Assembly: GCF_018350175.1 (NCBI RefSeq)
Contig: NC_058368.1
Span: 235,540,001-235,604,000, forward strand
Direction: 5' to 3'
DNA from: Felis catus
Lineage: Eukaryota
DNA: 64,000 nucleotides
The translations under genes were made by a program, and so were the position numbers. Under the pieces are notes generated by a model. The model did no database searches. It was not told where the DNA came from and saw only the letters and a program-made list of their open reading frames with translations. Every line of letters begins with the position of its first letter. The stretch's first letter is position 1. Below, in pieces: positions 38,998 to 52,382 of the stretch.

Positions 38998-39140
38998 CTT
39001 CACTCATTCACTCATTTGATGAATTCGGTGAATATTTGGCAACTGCCTATTGTGAGTCAGGTGCTCTTCTAGGCAAATCCAGATGCAACTATGAACAAAA
39101 CAGACAAATACGGCTGCCTTCCTGGAACTTCTATTCCAGT
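38998..39140 (-). mobile_element. L2 3' end remnant
   Basis: cttcactcattcactcattt...aatatttgg...gcctattgtgagtcaggtgctcttctaggc...tgaacaaaacagacaaa. Confidence 0.65.
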
Positions 39141-39861
39141 GTGAGGTGGCGGGGGGGGGGGTGAGGGAATAACGATAGACGGGGTGAGAATAACGATAGA
39201 CGTAAAAACAAATGGTAAGAGGTTAAAAGGAAACGCGTCAGTTCTTCCCAACTTGATCTATCGATTCAACCCAATTCCAATCAGAATTCTCGCATGTTGT
39301 TTTGTTAATATCAACAAACCGAGTCTAAAGTTTCTATGGCATGGCAAATGACTCAGGCTACCCTCGAAAATATTGAGGGAGAAGAACAAAGTCGTAAGTC
39401 TGACACCGACCCAACTTCACAACTTCCTGTAAAGCTACAGTAATCGAGACAGCGCGATACTGGAGAAAGCAGAGATGGACAGATCAATGGAACAGCACAG
39501 AGAGTCCAGAGACAGACCCCCGTAAGTACGGTTAACTCATCTCTGACAAAGAAGCAAAGGCAATACGATGGAGAAAAGATAGTTCTTCCAACAAACACTA
39601 ATTGGATAACTGGACACCCACAGGCAAAGAAACGAATCCAGACACAGACTCACGAAAATTCACTCAAAATGGATTGAAGACCTTGTAAAATGCAAAACTG
39701 TAAAGCTGCTGGAAGATGACCTAGGGGAACATCGAGATGGCCCCGGGCATGCAGTGACTTTCTTAGATGCAACACCAAAGACAGGATCCGTGGAAGAAAC
39801 AGATGAGCGGAGCTTCTTTAAAATTTAAAAATTCCGCTTTGTCAAGAGAACAAAAAGACAC

Positions 39862-40076
39862 GGGGACCTGCCTGGCTCAGTCGGTTGAGCGTCCGACCTC
39901 GGCTCAAGTCATGATCTCGCGGTTTGTGAGTTCGAGCCCCGCGTCGGGCTCTGTGCTGGCAGCTCGGAGCCCGGAGCCTGCTTCGGATTCTGTGTCTCCC
40001 TCTCTCTCTGCCCCTCCCCCGTTCACGCTCTGTCTTTCTCACTCTCTCAATAATAAATAAACATGAAAAGAAAAGG
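39862..40076 (+). mobile_element. Can-SINE inserted in L1
   Basis: TSD gagaacaaaaagaca. Confidence 0.95.
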
Positions 40077-40792
40077 GAGAACAAAAAGACATGCCACGGG
40101 CTGGGAGAAAATAGACGCTAAAGTCCTATCAGACAAAGGACTCAACCGTAAGAAAACAAGCAACACGCTAAAAACGTAAGCCAAAGACCTTAACCAAGAC
40201 CTCACTAAATCAAACATGCGGATGGCAAACAAGCGTATGAAAAGATGCTCCACTTCGTACGGCATAAGGGAAATTGCAAAGGAAAACGACAGTGACGTAA
40301 GACCGCACACCTGTTAGACCGACCACCATCCGGAACCCTGACGCCGCCACACGCAGATGAGGGCGTGGATCCGTGGAGATGCTCCTCACCGCTGGTGGGA
40401 ATGTGACATGGGGCGGCCGCTTTGGGAGACGGTGTAGCAGTTTCTTGCAAAACCAAACACATCCTTGCTATAAGACCTGCAATCATTCTCTTCGGTGTTT
40501 ACCCCAAAGAGTTGAAACCTTTATGTTCACGCAAAAGACCTGCCCACAGATATTCATAACGGCTTTATTAATAAGCAGCCAAGATGGCCGTCAGTAGGAC
40601 GATGGGTAAGTAAGCTGGGGTCCATCCAGACATGAAATACTAGTGAGCACTAACAAGAAATGAGTTCTCAAGCCATGAAAAAGCATGGAGGGACCTTAAA
40701 AGCATATCGCTAAATGAAAGGGGCCAATCTGAAAAGGCTGCATCCCATAGGATTCCAATTCCATGACATTCTGGAAAAGGCAAAACTACAGT

Positions 40793-41420
40793 CGACCCAG
40801 CAATAGCTCTCCTAGGAATTTATCCCAAGGATACAGGAGTGCTGATTCTTAGGGGCACATGCATCCCAATGTTTACAGCAGCACTTTCAACAATAGCCAA
40901 ATTATGGAAAGAGCCCAAATGTCCATCAACTGATGAATGGATACAGAAGATGTGGTTTACATATACAACGGAATAGTACTTGGTGATGAAAAAGAATGAA
41001 ATCTGGCCATTTGCAACAAGGTGGATGGAACTGGAGGGTATTATGCTGAGTGAAATAAGTCAGGCAGAGAAAGACAGATACCATATGTTTTCACTCATAT
41101 ATGGAATTTGAGAAAGTTAACAGAAAACCATGGGGGAGAGGAAGGGGGAAAAATAGTTACAAACAGAGAAGGAGGCAAACCATAGGAGACTCTTAAATGC
41201 AGAGAACAAACAGAGGGTGGATGGGGGTGGGGAGGGGGGAAAATGGGGGATGGGCATCGAGGAGGGCGCTTGTTGGGATGAGCACTGGGTGTTGTGTGGA
41301 AGCAATGACTCATGGGAATCTACTCCTGAAGCCAAGAGCACACTGGATGCACTGTATGTTAGCTAACGTGACAATGAATGGTCAGAAAAATAAATAAATA
41401 AGATAAATAAAAAAGAAAAG
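40793..41420 (+). mobile_element. Younger carnivore L1 3' fragment nested in the older L1
   Basis: Less diverged L1 3' end (gacccagcaatagctctcctaggaatttatcccaagg...caaatgtccatcaactgatgaatggata...), G-rich 3' UTR and (AAAT)n tail. Confidence 0.85.
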
Positions 41421-41930
41421 AACAGATCAGAGGTTGCCACGGGTTAGTGTGAAGGGAGGTATAAAAAGGCAGAGCGCAGGGCTTTTAGTGCAGTGAAATG
41501 ACTCCGGGTGACACTCTAACGGTGGATTTCACGTCACCAACACTTGTCACACCTACAGAACCTACGTCAAGAGTGACCCCAAAGGGAATCGACTTTGTGT
41601 GATAATAGCATGTCAATGCAAACTCATCCATTTTGCTGTGAGCCTAAGCCTGCTCTGAAAAATGTCTATTAAAAAAAAAAAGAAGAAGAAACTCAGAATG
41701 AGGAGGACACGCGGAGCATGACAAGGGAGGTTTCAATTTCAAATATGGCAGTCAGGGCGGCCTTGCTGGGAAGGTGGCATTTCCGGCGAACTGAGACAAG
41801 GAGGTCCCCTGAGGGAAGGCTGTGGGCCACACAGAAGCCACAGCCACTGCAATGGCCCAATGGCCCCACAGGGCAGTCGCTGATGTGTGTGATTTTGCAA
41901 ACTAGTCACGTGACAGATTCACCAGCTAAG

Positions 41931-41952
41931 GCTGCTGCTGCTGCTGCTGCTG
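41931..41952. repeat. (GCT)7 trinucleotide repeat, intronic
   Basis: Directly visible in the sequence. Confidence 0.9.
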
Positions 41953-43287
41953 GTGCCGATCGCAACAGGAATACCAACCACTCGGCAGGACCTGTTCCAA
42001 CTGGACAGACCTGCCTGCAAATTCCCCTCCAGAGAGGGCACACTGGAGGCTTCTGGAGCTGTCCCCGGACCACCCTCCACTGCCACGCCTGAGAGCTACA
42101 CTCGCCATCTGCCAGTTCCACTCTTGCTCCCCTCTGGGTTTCTTCTCTACCTTTTATTTGGGGAGTGGGGGGTGACGGGAAGCATGAAGCCAGTCCCTAC
42201 CTACTCACAGCCTTGCGGTGACATCCTTTACTTGCAGACAGGATCGGTCCTCTCCACGGTCAGGCTCCGGGGAGCATCACCCCCAGGCTGCGCTCCTGCC
42301 CCCTTGCCGGACACTCAGGACACCCCCGCCGCTGAGCAGGCCTCTGCTCCTGTTCCAGGAGCACGGTGTTCCCTGCGGCCCCACCCACTCCACCAGCCCT
42401 CTCCTGGCCGGGGGTTGGCTCACCTTCAAGGCTGTGGCGACAGGGTGGGGTGTGGCGACTTGCCTGCCATCACATGGCTCTCCGTGGTGGGATGGACATG
42501 AGCCCCAACCTGGTGGCACCCGCAGCAACAAGGCAATGACTGGTGGTGGCTGCGGAGGCCAAAGATCCGGTTCAAGTCCTGAGTCGGCCTCTCCTCGGAG
42601 TGTGGGGGTGACTATGTGTGGGTCCTGAAACCGAGTTCCTATCTTTGCAAACAAAGGGTGGATGATCTACAGCTATCTCCCAGGATGACAGTAGGGATTG
42701 TACATACACTTCAAGGTTGCAAAAAGACAGAGGGAGGGGGAGAGAGATTTTACCGGCGTCAAAGCCGCAGGACAGATTTCTAAGGAAGGGGGACAGCACG
42801 TGGGAAGCCTCAGCAGAGAGGAGGTGGCCTGCCAGCCTCTGAGCTTGCTGAGAGAGGAAGACCAAGGTCAAGGGCAGCGCGGGGAAGTCACGGCAGAGCA
42901 CCCACTGCCTGGGTCCTCCGGACCGAGAAATCCACAGGCACGGGGTGCGGTGGGCACAAGTGCTTCTCATTTGAGGTCACGGGTCCCCAGGGTGCTGCCA
43001 CCTGGACCTACAAGCCTTTTCCACGCACGCTCGGTCCCTCCCACGGTGCGACCCCAAGGTGCCCTTCCCTCAGGGCTGCCGGCTTGGGGTGAATCCTGCC
43101 GTGAGCCCAGCAAGCTGCCACCGGGCCCCCCCACCCGCTCTTTGCCCTACTGGATGCTGCGACGAGGTGTTTCTCTTCGCCGCTGGTTTCTGCTGCGGGT
43201 ATAGTGCCTCCCGACGTGCGCTGTCAGCCCCGGGTTCCGGGACGGTCACACTCTATTTCCGTTAATCACATTAAAATTACTTTTATT

Positions 43288-43506
43288 GGGGCGCCTGGGT
43301 GGCACAGTCGGTTGGGCGTCCGACTTCAGCCAGGTCACGATCTCGTGGTCCGTGAGTTCGAGCCCCGCGTCGGGCTCTGGGCTGACGGCTCAGAGCCTGG
43401 AGCCTGCTTCTGATTCTGTGTCTCCCTCTCTCTCTGCCCCTCCCCCGTTCGTGCTCTGTCTCTCTCTGTCCCAAAAATAAATAAACGTTGAAAAAAAAAT
43501 TTAAAA
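43288..43506 (+). mobile_element. Young felid SINE
   Basis: Perfect TSD aaaattacttttatt. Confidence 0.95.
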
Positions 43507-43523
43507 AAAATTACTTTTATTAA

Positions 43524-43745
43524 GGGGCACCTGGGTGGCTCAGTCGGTTGAGCGTCTGACTTCGGCTCAGGTCATGATCTCGCGGTTTGCGGGTTCGAGC
43601 CCCACGTTGGGTTCCGTGCTGATGGCTCGGAGCCTGGAGCCTGCTTCGGATTCTGGGTCTCCCCCTCTCTCTGCTTGCCCCCCCCCCGACTCACACTCTG
43701 TCTCTCTCTCTCCTTCAAAAATAAATAAACACTAAAAAAATATTT
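43524..43745 (+). mobile_element. Can-SINE in tandem with the previous one
   Basis: Full head, body and tail. Confidence 0.95.
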
Positions 43746-44882
43746 TAAATTGGTTTTACTAATTTAGTGATCTCCAACCACGGCCCCGCCTCGGCTCCAG
43801 GGACTGGATGCCATTGTCAAGACCCCTCAGACCAGACTTGTAAGGCAGGGATTTGGGGGGGGGAGGGTAAAGAAACAGAGCTTGAACACCCCAAATGTCT
43901 CTCTGTGTGAGGCTCATGACGTCAGGCAAGGGGGCTGCTGAACGTGGTGGGTCCAAGCACCTTATGCGGAGCTCAAGCAGCTAGAGAGAAAGCCCCGTTT
44001 CTAAGAAGCTTGCAGACAAAGCAGAGCTGTGATGTAGGAAAGGATCAGGCTGCGGGCTGGGGCGGGCACGGGACGGGCTGCGGTGACAGGAGGGTCGCTG
44101 CGGGGCCGTGGACGTGTGCACCCCCGTACACACGCCCAACACTCACCAGCCCCTGAGCTCACCGTGCTACGGTTCCGTTACGTGAACTGGACCTCAGTGG
44201 AGCTTTCAGAAAACAGGCCACCGAGCTCCATGAGCCTGTCCTGTGTGAGGGCCGGGCTGGGCTGCTGGGCTGGGGGGGCGCAGGAGGCCGGGCCGCAGTG
44301 GGGGGGGCCAGCCCCGAGGAGCAACAGTTTCACAAGGCCCTCGGCAGGGCTTATCTGCGCATCCAGTCTGCTCCTCAAAGCCCTCTGTCCCTGAGAACCC
44401 CCTGAGCAGCTCACTGAAACCCGTGCCCCCTCCCCAGGCTCTGAGCCACAGGTCTGGGGGATGGGGGCTTTGTGACAACGTGCGTGTTCAGTAAGATCCA
44501 TGCACAGCATTTGTGACATGAGGGCCGGGGGCCCTGCACCCCGTGCGTATCTGTCATCTCTGACTTGCAGGCCTGCCCTCAGGACGCCTGTGAGATAACA
44601 CGGTGCCGGGACGTCGCCCGTAAAATGAACCACCTGCTAGGACACCATCGGATCCTGTGTTGAATTTGGTCTAACTAAGTTTCCTTATTCTCAGGCAAGT
44701 TCTATTGGACACCATTGTCTTCTGGTGACACACTGACAAATAGCAAAAGTAATACCACATACAACAACCTCCACACCGAAAACACGGCCTAACGTAACGT
44801 AGGGCCTGGGACAGTCACATGTGCTGACGTTGTATGTCTGACGTGACCTCTTTAAGACAGAACATTCCAGGCCATTTCTTTA

Positions 44883-45121
44883 TTTTATTTTATTTAAAAA
44901 CAAAAATTTTTTTTAACATTTATTTATTTTTGAGACAGAGAGAGACAGAGCATGAACAGCGGCGGGGCAGAGAGAGAGGGAGACACAGAATCCAAAATGG
45001 ACTCCAGGCTCCGAGCAGTCAGCACAGAGCCCAACGCAGGGCTCGAACTCACGGACCGCGAGATCGTGACCTGAGCCGAAGTCAGACGCTTAACCGACCG
45101 ACCGAGCCACCCAGGCGGCCC
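44883..45121 (-). mobile_element. Can-SINE
   Basis: TSD tccaggcc(a/g)tttcttta. Confidence 0.95.
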
Positions 45122-46055
45122 TCCAGGCCGTTTCTTTAAACATCCATTACAACAGATACCAAATCCGACCGTGCACGGGCTCCAGCCTCAGTTATCCCGT
45201 GACTGGATGTCCTCTGATACACGTCAGAGCCGTGAGGGGACCACAGAGTCATAAGCGACCCTATGTCCAGAGTATTAGCTCCAACTGTAGAATCGTTAGA
45301 GAATGCGGCCGTGCCTGTTGAGACGGTCTTCCGTAGATGCCCTCTTTATGGGCTGTTATCAGGAACTTACTAGGAGGCAATTTTTTTTTTCTTTTAAGAA
45401 AGAAAGCAGTGGTAACATCATGGCAGAATCAGTCATGACAATCGAGGACATTGCCCTACGGGTCTTCAAACCGCATCGACCCGCGATCACACGGTCACAA
45501 GGTGCTCGCGACTAGACAGCTCGGGCAGGTCCATCACTTCCAGAGGAACAACAACAAAACACCCAAAATGCACAAAAAGCCACCAATCATGTGAAGAAAC
45601 CAGGCCTCGGTGGGTTCCGTAGTGTGATCACAGAGGGCTTCTCGAAACCTCACATGGCGGTCCCCTGTCACCTTTGCCAGGCAGGGAGCAGAGGACTCAC
45701 TCTCCAGAATGGCTCAGAGACAGCAAGTCCACGAAAGCTGGGCGACGACTCTCCCCTCCCCTGCCGTGGCCACGAAACAGCCCGAACAATCAGACTGAGT
45801 GTGTAGCCTTAAGAGTGGCCAACGGCTATGCTGAATCACGCCCGTACGTTTTGCTGAACTGAGTGGCTGTTACTTCTAACTCAGCCTGTCTATCATTCTG
45901 AACAACTGCCATTCTCTCAACCACCAATATCCCAAAAGACAGGGGAGGCTAACCTACGTTATTTCTCCCATAACTGCCTGTGCTCACAAGTACTTGTGGA
46001 CTCCGATTCTAATTTTGCAGAAGTCGGTACCTTCTGTAAAAACTCAGCAGAGTGG

Positions 46056-46232
46056 GGATTCGAGCGTCCGACTCTTGGCTTCGGCTGAGGTCGCGATCCC
46101 ACGCTTTGTGGGATCGAGCCCCTCCCTGGGCTCTGCTCTCTCCCTCCCTCCCTCTCTGCCCCTCCACCTGCTGGCTCACTCTCTCGCTCTCTCCGTCCCT
46201 CAAAATAAACAAATAAACTTAAAAAAAAAAAG
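46056..46232 (+). mobile_element. Can-SINE lacking the first part of the head
   Basis: Starts near gagcgtccgactcttgg; TSD actcagcagagtgg. Confidence 0.9.
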
Positions 46233-46939
46233 ACTCAGCAGAGTGGAGTCAGGGTTCAGTGTGACCTTCACAGACTTGGAAGATGTTTGTATGCTTTTAA
46301 CAACAGGTTTATGCCCAAAGAGTTTCTCGAATAGATGATTTGCAACTTACTAAAAAAGGGCAAGGAAACTGAACCTTAGATCATAGAGAATGGGGACCAA
46401 CCGACTACCTCAAACATTACATAATCCGGTGATCTCCGTGATACGTGCCGACTCGTTTACCCCTGGCATTTTCACCATAACTCATACGCGTCAAATGACG
46501 ACTGCTGAGGACTGAAGTGTCTCCCCCACCCCCCACCCTCGGCGCATCTGCTCTTATACCGACCACCGCCCCCCTGCATGCCGAGGCTCTCGGGCCTGGT
46601 CTCTACGTGAACATTCAAACTCCACATGCCAAGCCCCGCATAAAGGTTAGATACTCCTTACATGTGATTAAAATACAGGTAAGAGCTTGAACACAGTGGA
46701 TGATCAGTAAACAAGAACTCCATGCCCTGGCTCGGATCACAGACCTGATAATTACGGGGCAACTCCTAGGCCCGCGGAGTTATCGGAGCTCAGGTTGCCA
46801 CCCCCTCCCCCCGCCCCAAATCCAGAAAATTGAAAAGTTTCTAAGAGGAGAGGGTTTTTTGAAATCACTATATGTGAGCACGTACGTGTGCGTGTTTCTG
46901 ACAAGTTATGTTTTCTTCACAAAGGAAATCTTACAAGGT

Positions 46940-47155
46940 TTTTTAAAAATGTTTCTTCGGTTTATTTTGAGAGAGAGAGAGAGTGTGCGCGTAAGCAGGG
47001 GAGGCACAGAGAGAGGGGACAGAGAGAATCCCGAGCAGGCTCTGAGCTGTCAGTGCAGATCCCAACGTGGGCTTGAACACATGAACCCTGAGACCATGAC
47101 CTGAGCCGAAGATAAAGAGTCAGACTCTTAACTGACTGAGCCACTCAGGTGCCCC
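46940..47155 (-). mobile_element. Can-SINE
   Basis: Reverse-complement SINE ending ccactcaggtgcccc. Confidence 0.93.
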
Positions 47156-47799
47156 CAAAGAAATTTTAAAAAGAGAATGTCCCAGGACCGATTCTCTCGG
47201 TTGTTTCCAGGCGAGACATTCATTTCTCTTGGTCAGCAGGAGCTCTTATCACAGTGTTCCTGAAGTTGTCACTTCTCCACGCACATCTTTGGGTCAAGTA
47301 TGTCCATTAAAAGGAAATGATGCTGTCAGAAATCCTGCTGTCATGGCCACAAGAAACGCTTGGGGCTCAACAGCTGTGAACTGGGCTGAATTAAGGGGGC
47401 CATGACATGAAATTTCTGTAGCCTTCCTTGATTAATCTTGGATTGAAAAAAATGCTTCAAACATATATATGTTCCATGTCTCTCTGTCTGTGTCTCTTTC
47501 TGGTCTTTTACTGAGGAATCATATGATCCCGTGAGCTGATAACCACTGGAGCTGCAACGGACACATAAGCCCTACAGAATTCTCTGGAAGAATCACAGCT
47601 CTCTGAGTGAGGTTGTGCCGAACTGCAGGCTGTCCCCACGCAGGCACCGAGCGATTAAAAGTCGGGTTTTGTACGTCTAAGTCCTTGTATTGCCAAGATC
47701 CCGTGCTGCCCAACCAGTTAGACTGCAAGGATGTAGACATAACTGGGCGGAGGCAGGGGTGCTGGGTGGAAAGCCCGTCTGGGATCTAGTGGGCATGGC

Positions 47800-47995
47800 T
47801 CCGAATCCAGGCTCGGACCCTTGTTAGACAGCAACTTTGGGCAGGTAGCATAATCTGTCTGATCCTCAGACTCCTCTTCCACAAAATAGGAATAAGAACT
47901 CTTTTCAAAATGTTCATATAATGAAATGCAGGCGTAATGCACGTGGTGAATCTGTGTGCAAAAATCCCTGGCATACAGTAGGTGCTCAGCATATG
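47800..47995 (+). mobile_element. MIR remnant
   Basis: aatccaggctc...ttgggcagg...cctcagactcctcttccacaaaataggaataa...cctggcatacagtaggtgctcag. Confidence 0.7.
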
Positions 47996-49156
47996 TTCCC
48001 CGTTCATAATGGCTCCGTTTTCGTATATTTACTTAAAACCATGAAACCGCATCCCGGACACATACTTTAACATACGCGTTCCGACGGTAAAGTGGATTTC
48101 GCCATACGTTGGCCTCGTAACAACCAAACATGGACTGTAGGCTATGAGCAGGCCTTTTCAGGATGACGACACATCGGTCCCAGGGCACACACAAATCAGA
48201 ACTGCAGGTTCAGATGTTCCCCCCAAGCTCTGGTTTAGGAGTTGGAGAGGAGCGATGGGTAGGGTGGGAGAAAAAAAAAAGTGGGAGACACCACTTTCCC
48301 ATGAAACCATCACAGCCCCTCCCCCCACCCCCGCCGTCCGGTTACCAGGAACAGAGGACCCACCCCGCGCAAAGAGCCACCATAACTAAAGCAGGTCAAA
48401 CCCAAGGAGGTGTTTGCTTTTCCCACGAGAGGAAAAATACTACGAGAGTCTACCCTCTGGCAAGAGCTGAACATTTGGGCTGTCCGGAGATTATTAACAT
48501 GAAAACATAGTGGAAAGAACACGTGGATGAAAGGTGGATTATGGCACCATGGGGGTTTGGTAATTTGGCACATCACAGAAGGAATTCTGCAACCAACATC
48601 CAACTGAATATGAAGACAACGGCGCAGAACGCCCCTACGTCTCCGTGTTTTCCCAAATACAAGAGTAAACTGTTGGTCATGCCTGTGGACTCTACAAGTT
48701 GACCCCCACGTGCCCTGGGTCTCCAACCGCCGTGTCACGGCCCCTCCACTCCCACAGCAGAACCCCCAGGCCACACCTTCGACAAAGGGCGGACAAAAGG
48801 GCTGCAGCCAGAGAAAGGAAAGTTGGTTGGGGTTGACTTTGAAACCAAGATCAAACGAAAACGACCTCTTGGAAGTCTCTGAATCGAATCCATTTCAGAG
48901 TGCACGGGCAGAGAGCGAAATCTGAACTGTGAATAATTGCCAGATCAGAGGATTAATTTGCAAGGGATACAACAGAACGTGATACCATCTCAAACGTAAC
49001 TAATACGCTTGGCCCTCCTGGGTTGATATGGACATTGCATTGAACAGATACTCCTTATATCATTGCACACATGACGCATTTTTTGTACCGGAATACATAT
49101 ATAACAATGTATGTGATTCACTGGTTTATATGTAACTGAAGACTGCCACCCCCCCA

Positions 49157-49385
49157 TTTTTTTTATTTAAAAACAATTTTTTTTAACGTTTCTTCATTTT
49201 TGAGAGACAGACAGAGACAGAGCATGAGTAGGGGAGGGGCAGAGAGAGGGGGACGCAGAATCTGAAGCAGGCTCCAGGCTCCGAGCTGTCAGCAGAGCCC
49301 GACGCGGGGCTCGAACTCACGGACCGCGAGATCATGACCTGAGCCGAAGTCGGACGCTCAACTGACTGAGCCACCCAGGTGACCC
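49157..49385 (-). mobile_element. Can-SINE
   Basis: TSD ctgccaccccc. Confidence 0.95.
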
Positions 49386-49762
49386 TGCCACCCCCAAAAT
49401 TTAATTTTAGGTTATGGGCCTTGAGACATTTTTACATTTAAATTGCAATCTGCAAGACTGTCAAATTATTCTTCCTAACACACTTCACATTGTGAGACAT
49501 AAGTGCCCAAATCCGTCCACACCCTGTGCGTCCCGTCGTACATCTAGAGGCACAGACGTCCCTGGGATGCTGCACCTTTCCAGCGAGGCAGAAAGCTGGG
49601 TTTGCCAGTTTTTAGCCCCGGCTGCACATCTGGAGACTCCATCCCGAGGTGAAGCCGGGGGTTTGTTTCCATTTTTAAAGTGAAATAAATGTAAGGGCTC
49701 TCATTAGTCCAGGTAAATGTAAACTTTGGCCCGACCCAACCTGTACTTACAACTCAAATTCA

Positions 49763-49888
49763 GGGGCACCTGAGTGGCTTACCTGGGAAACGTCCGACTC
49801 TTGATCTCAGCTCAGGTCTTGAGCTCAGGGTCACGAGTTCAAGCCCTACAACGGGCTCCACGCTGGGCATAGAGCCTACTTGAAAAAA
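49763..49888 (+). mobile_element. Short older Can-SINE without a CT tract
   Basis: ggggcacctgagtggct...cttgatctcagctcagg...gagcctacttgaaaaaa. Confidence 0.85.
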
Positions 49889-50468
49889 GACCCTAAATTC
49901 AGACAAAACTGTTGTCCCGTAAAGTCCCCGTGCCTACTATAGCCTGGGGTTCCCACTCTTCTTTAGACGGGGGCCCATTTCAAATACGTGGCCATCAGCT
50001 ATCTTCTAAAAACCTCATAAACCAACTGGCTCTGGTGACACATGTCTCGCTCTCTTTTCAGAGGGTTCCCAACGGGGATCTTGAACACGGTTGGGGAGAG
50101 TCAGCTCAATTTTATTAGAACGAGTAAGCCCATACGCTGCTCCCCGGTGCACAACATACTGGACGACTGGGGGCGGAGCTGGGAATTACGATTGACGGTA
50201 GACCCCAAAAAGGTTTTAAGGGGTGAACATAATCCCGTTACGTATCAAAGCGATATGAGAAACTCAGAATGACGATGCCGACTGGTGAAGGAAAGGCTAC
50301 TCCTCCCCGGGAACGCACAGCGTGTTCCGTCTCTGCGTGTGGCACGCACGGTCACGCGGCCCAGCGCTTCTGTGCTGAAGCATTCGCTATTTACCCTCCC
50401 AGATCGTGCACAGGTACTTGCACATTTCCGCTGGACACAGCGCTTGTGCTATAAAATAGCCTCGTTTC

Positions 50469-50716
50469 GGGGCGCCTGGGTGGCGCAGTCGGTTAAGCGT
50501 CCGACTTCAGCCAGGTCACGATCTCGCAGTCCGTGGGTTCTCGCGGTCCGTGAGTTCGAGCCCCGCGTCGGGCTCTGGGTTGATGGCTCGGAGCCTGGAG
50601 CCTGTTTCCGATTCTGTGTCTCCCTCTCTCTAGGCCCCTCCCCCGTTCATGCTCTGTCTCTCTCTGTCCCAAAAAATAAATAAAAAAACGTTGAAAAAAA
50701 AAATTAAAAAAAAAAA
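50469..50716 (+). mobile_element. Young felid SINE with an internal 17-bp duplication
   Basis: Perfect 18-bp TSD ataaaatagcctcgtttc; long A-tail. Confidence 0.95.
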
Positions 50717-51850
50717 ATAAAATAGCCTCGTTTCTCCTCTGGCTGATCGTGCTGCAACCATCACTCCTAGTTTGATTACCTAATGATGGCCTGCAAAGGG
50801 CATACTCAAAACTCCCCCAGCTTCAGTGAGAATCCCTGCAAGTAAAACAAAATTTATGGCCCCGGTGGCTGCGGCAGGGGGACCAGAGTCAAAATGGGAG
50901 CGATTCGGCACTCTCCTCGCTTACGATCCCTTATCAAGCACAAAGCAACCTCCCAGGTGCCGAGAATGGAGACCTTAACCCGCGTGGGCACAAAGCAAGG
51001 CTTCCCCAAACTGCAAAAATGACACTCTTGCGTTTTCAAGCGTTCGCTCAAAGGTTCGGTCTTTTTCTCATCGCGGGGGCTTTCAATAAATCACCCACCC
51101 AGAAGGTTCCAGTGTGAATACGATAGATCCTAATTCCACTCCCATCTCAACTGTGGGGCTTCTCTGAAGGTCAGTGTCACCTCTTGGTTCCCTCACTTGG
51201 GAGGGAGCCTGTTGGCACTTGGGCAGTTCGCTTCTCATTAGGTTTGTGCCCACATTTCGCAGTTACACGGGGGAGGTTGAGGGGGGCGAGGGCTCAGCTC
51301 CTACTGGGCGCTAAGTTCTGTGCTGCGGGCTCTCGGCATACGCTGCCTCGCTCCATCCTCCCACCAGCCGGTGACATCAGGGTTATTTACAAATTAAGGA
51401 AACGGGAAGAGCCAAGTACAGAGCCATTGGGCTAGGAAATGAGAAACTCCCTGTGAACAGCCCCGTGTGACTCCAATGGCTACGTTTTCTCATTATGTTT
51501 CCCTTTTTGTTGTCTCAAGTAGTCATTTGATTCTGTTTCTTGTGTATATGTCCATCTAAACACAGATCTTTCCTTGCATGGAGAATGTAGACAGTGAATG
51601 TTTTTCTGTTCATTCGTTTCCCAGGATAACGACCACAGCCCTTCGATTGTAGGGGCTCCAATGCTTGTTGACTACCTTGGTTCTGGATTTTGATTTACAA
51701 AGTGCTTAATATTTATCTCAGCTAACTTAACAGAGTAGGAATGGATTTTTTTTTTCTTATTTTATGGTGAGCGCCAGCTTTTCGTCCCTGAAAGTGCACT
51801 GCATCACTCTTTGTGAAGGATTCAAGGTGGGTTAAGAATACCCTTCTTCA

Positions 51851-52077
51851 GGGGCGCCTGGGTGGCTCAGTCAGTTGAGCAGCCGACTTCAGCTCAGGTC
51901 ATGATCTCGCAGTCTGTGGGTTCCAGCCCCGCATCGGGCTCTGTGCTGGCAGCTTGGAGCCTGGAGTCTGCTTCCGATTCTGTGTCTCCCTCTCTCTCTC
52001 TGCCCACCCCACCCCCACTTGCTCTCTCTCTCTCTCTCTCTCAAAAATAATAAACATTAAAAAAATTAAAAAAAAAA
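51851..52077 (+). mobile_element. Can-SINE
   Basis: Perfect TSD aagaatacccttcttca. Confidence 0.95.
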
Positions 52078-52382
52078 AAGAATACCCTTCTTCAGAAATC
52101 CTCGTGTGCAACAGGCAATCCCCCTTGTCATAAGCTTAATAGCTAAAGAAGACATCCGTCCAAGACGCAGAGACACAATTTCGTCTCTATGCTCATGCAA
52201 TAAGGTATAAGAAGCTAAGAGGTGGGCAAATCCACTTAGCTCTTTGAATTGTACTTTATACAAGTTATATCATATCCCATGACCCAAGTATATTGCAGTG
52301 TTTCTTACTTAAAATTTGTTTAGAGATTCTCTTAGGAACTGTCTCCAGCATAGATGGAACTAGTATCTAACACGAGGACTTT

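Larger units (their letters stand above)
39235..41680 (+). mobile_element. Old L1 (L1MC-like) ORF2 C-terminus and 3' UTR, containing nested SINE and L1 insertions
   Basis: gttcttcccaacttgatctatcgattcaac, gtaaagctacagtaatcgagacag, cagatcaatggaacag and ccatgacattctggaaaaggcaaaacta; A-tail at about 41670. Confidence 0.85.

Noticed and set aside
41718..43204. Cluster of 120-180-aa ORFs including polyAla/polyGln from (GCT)7
   Set aside because: GC-rich intronic sequence with no homology I recognise; the repeat is short and non-coding.
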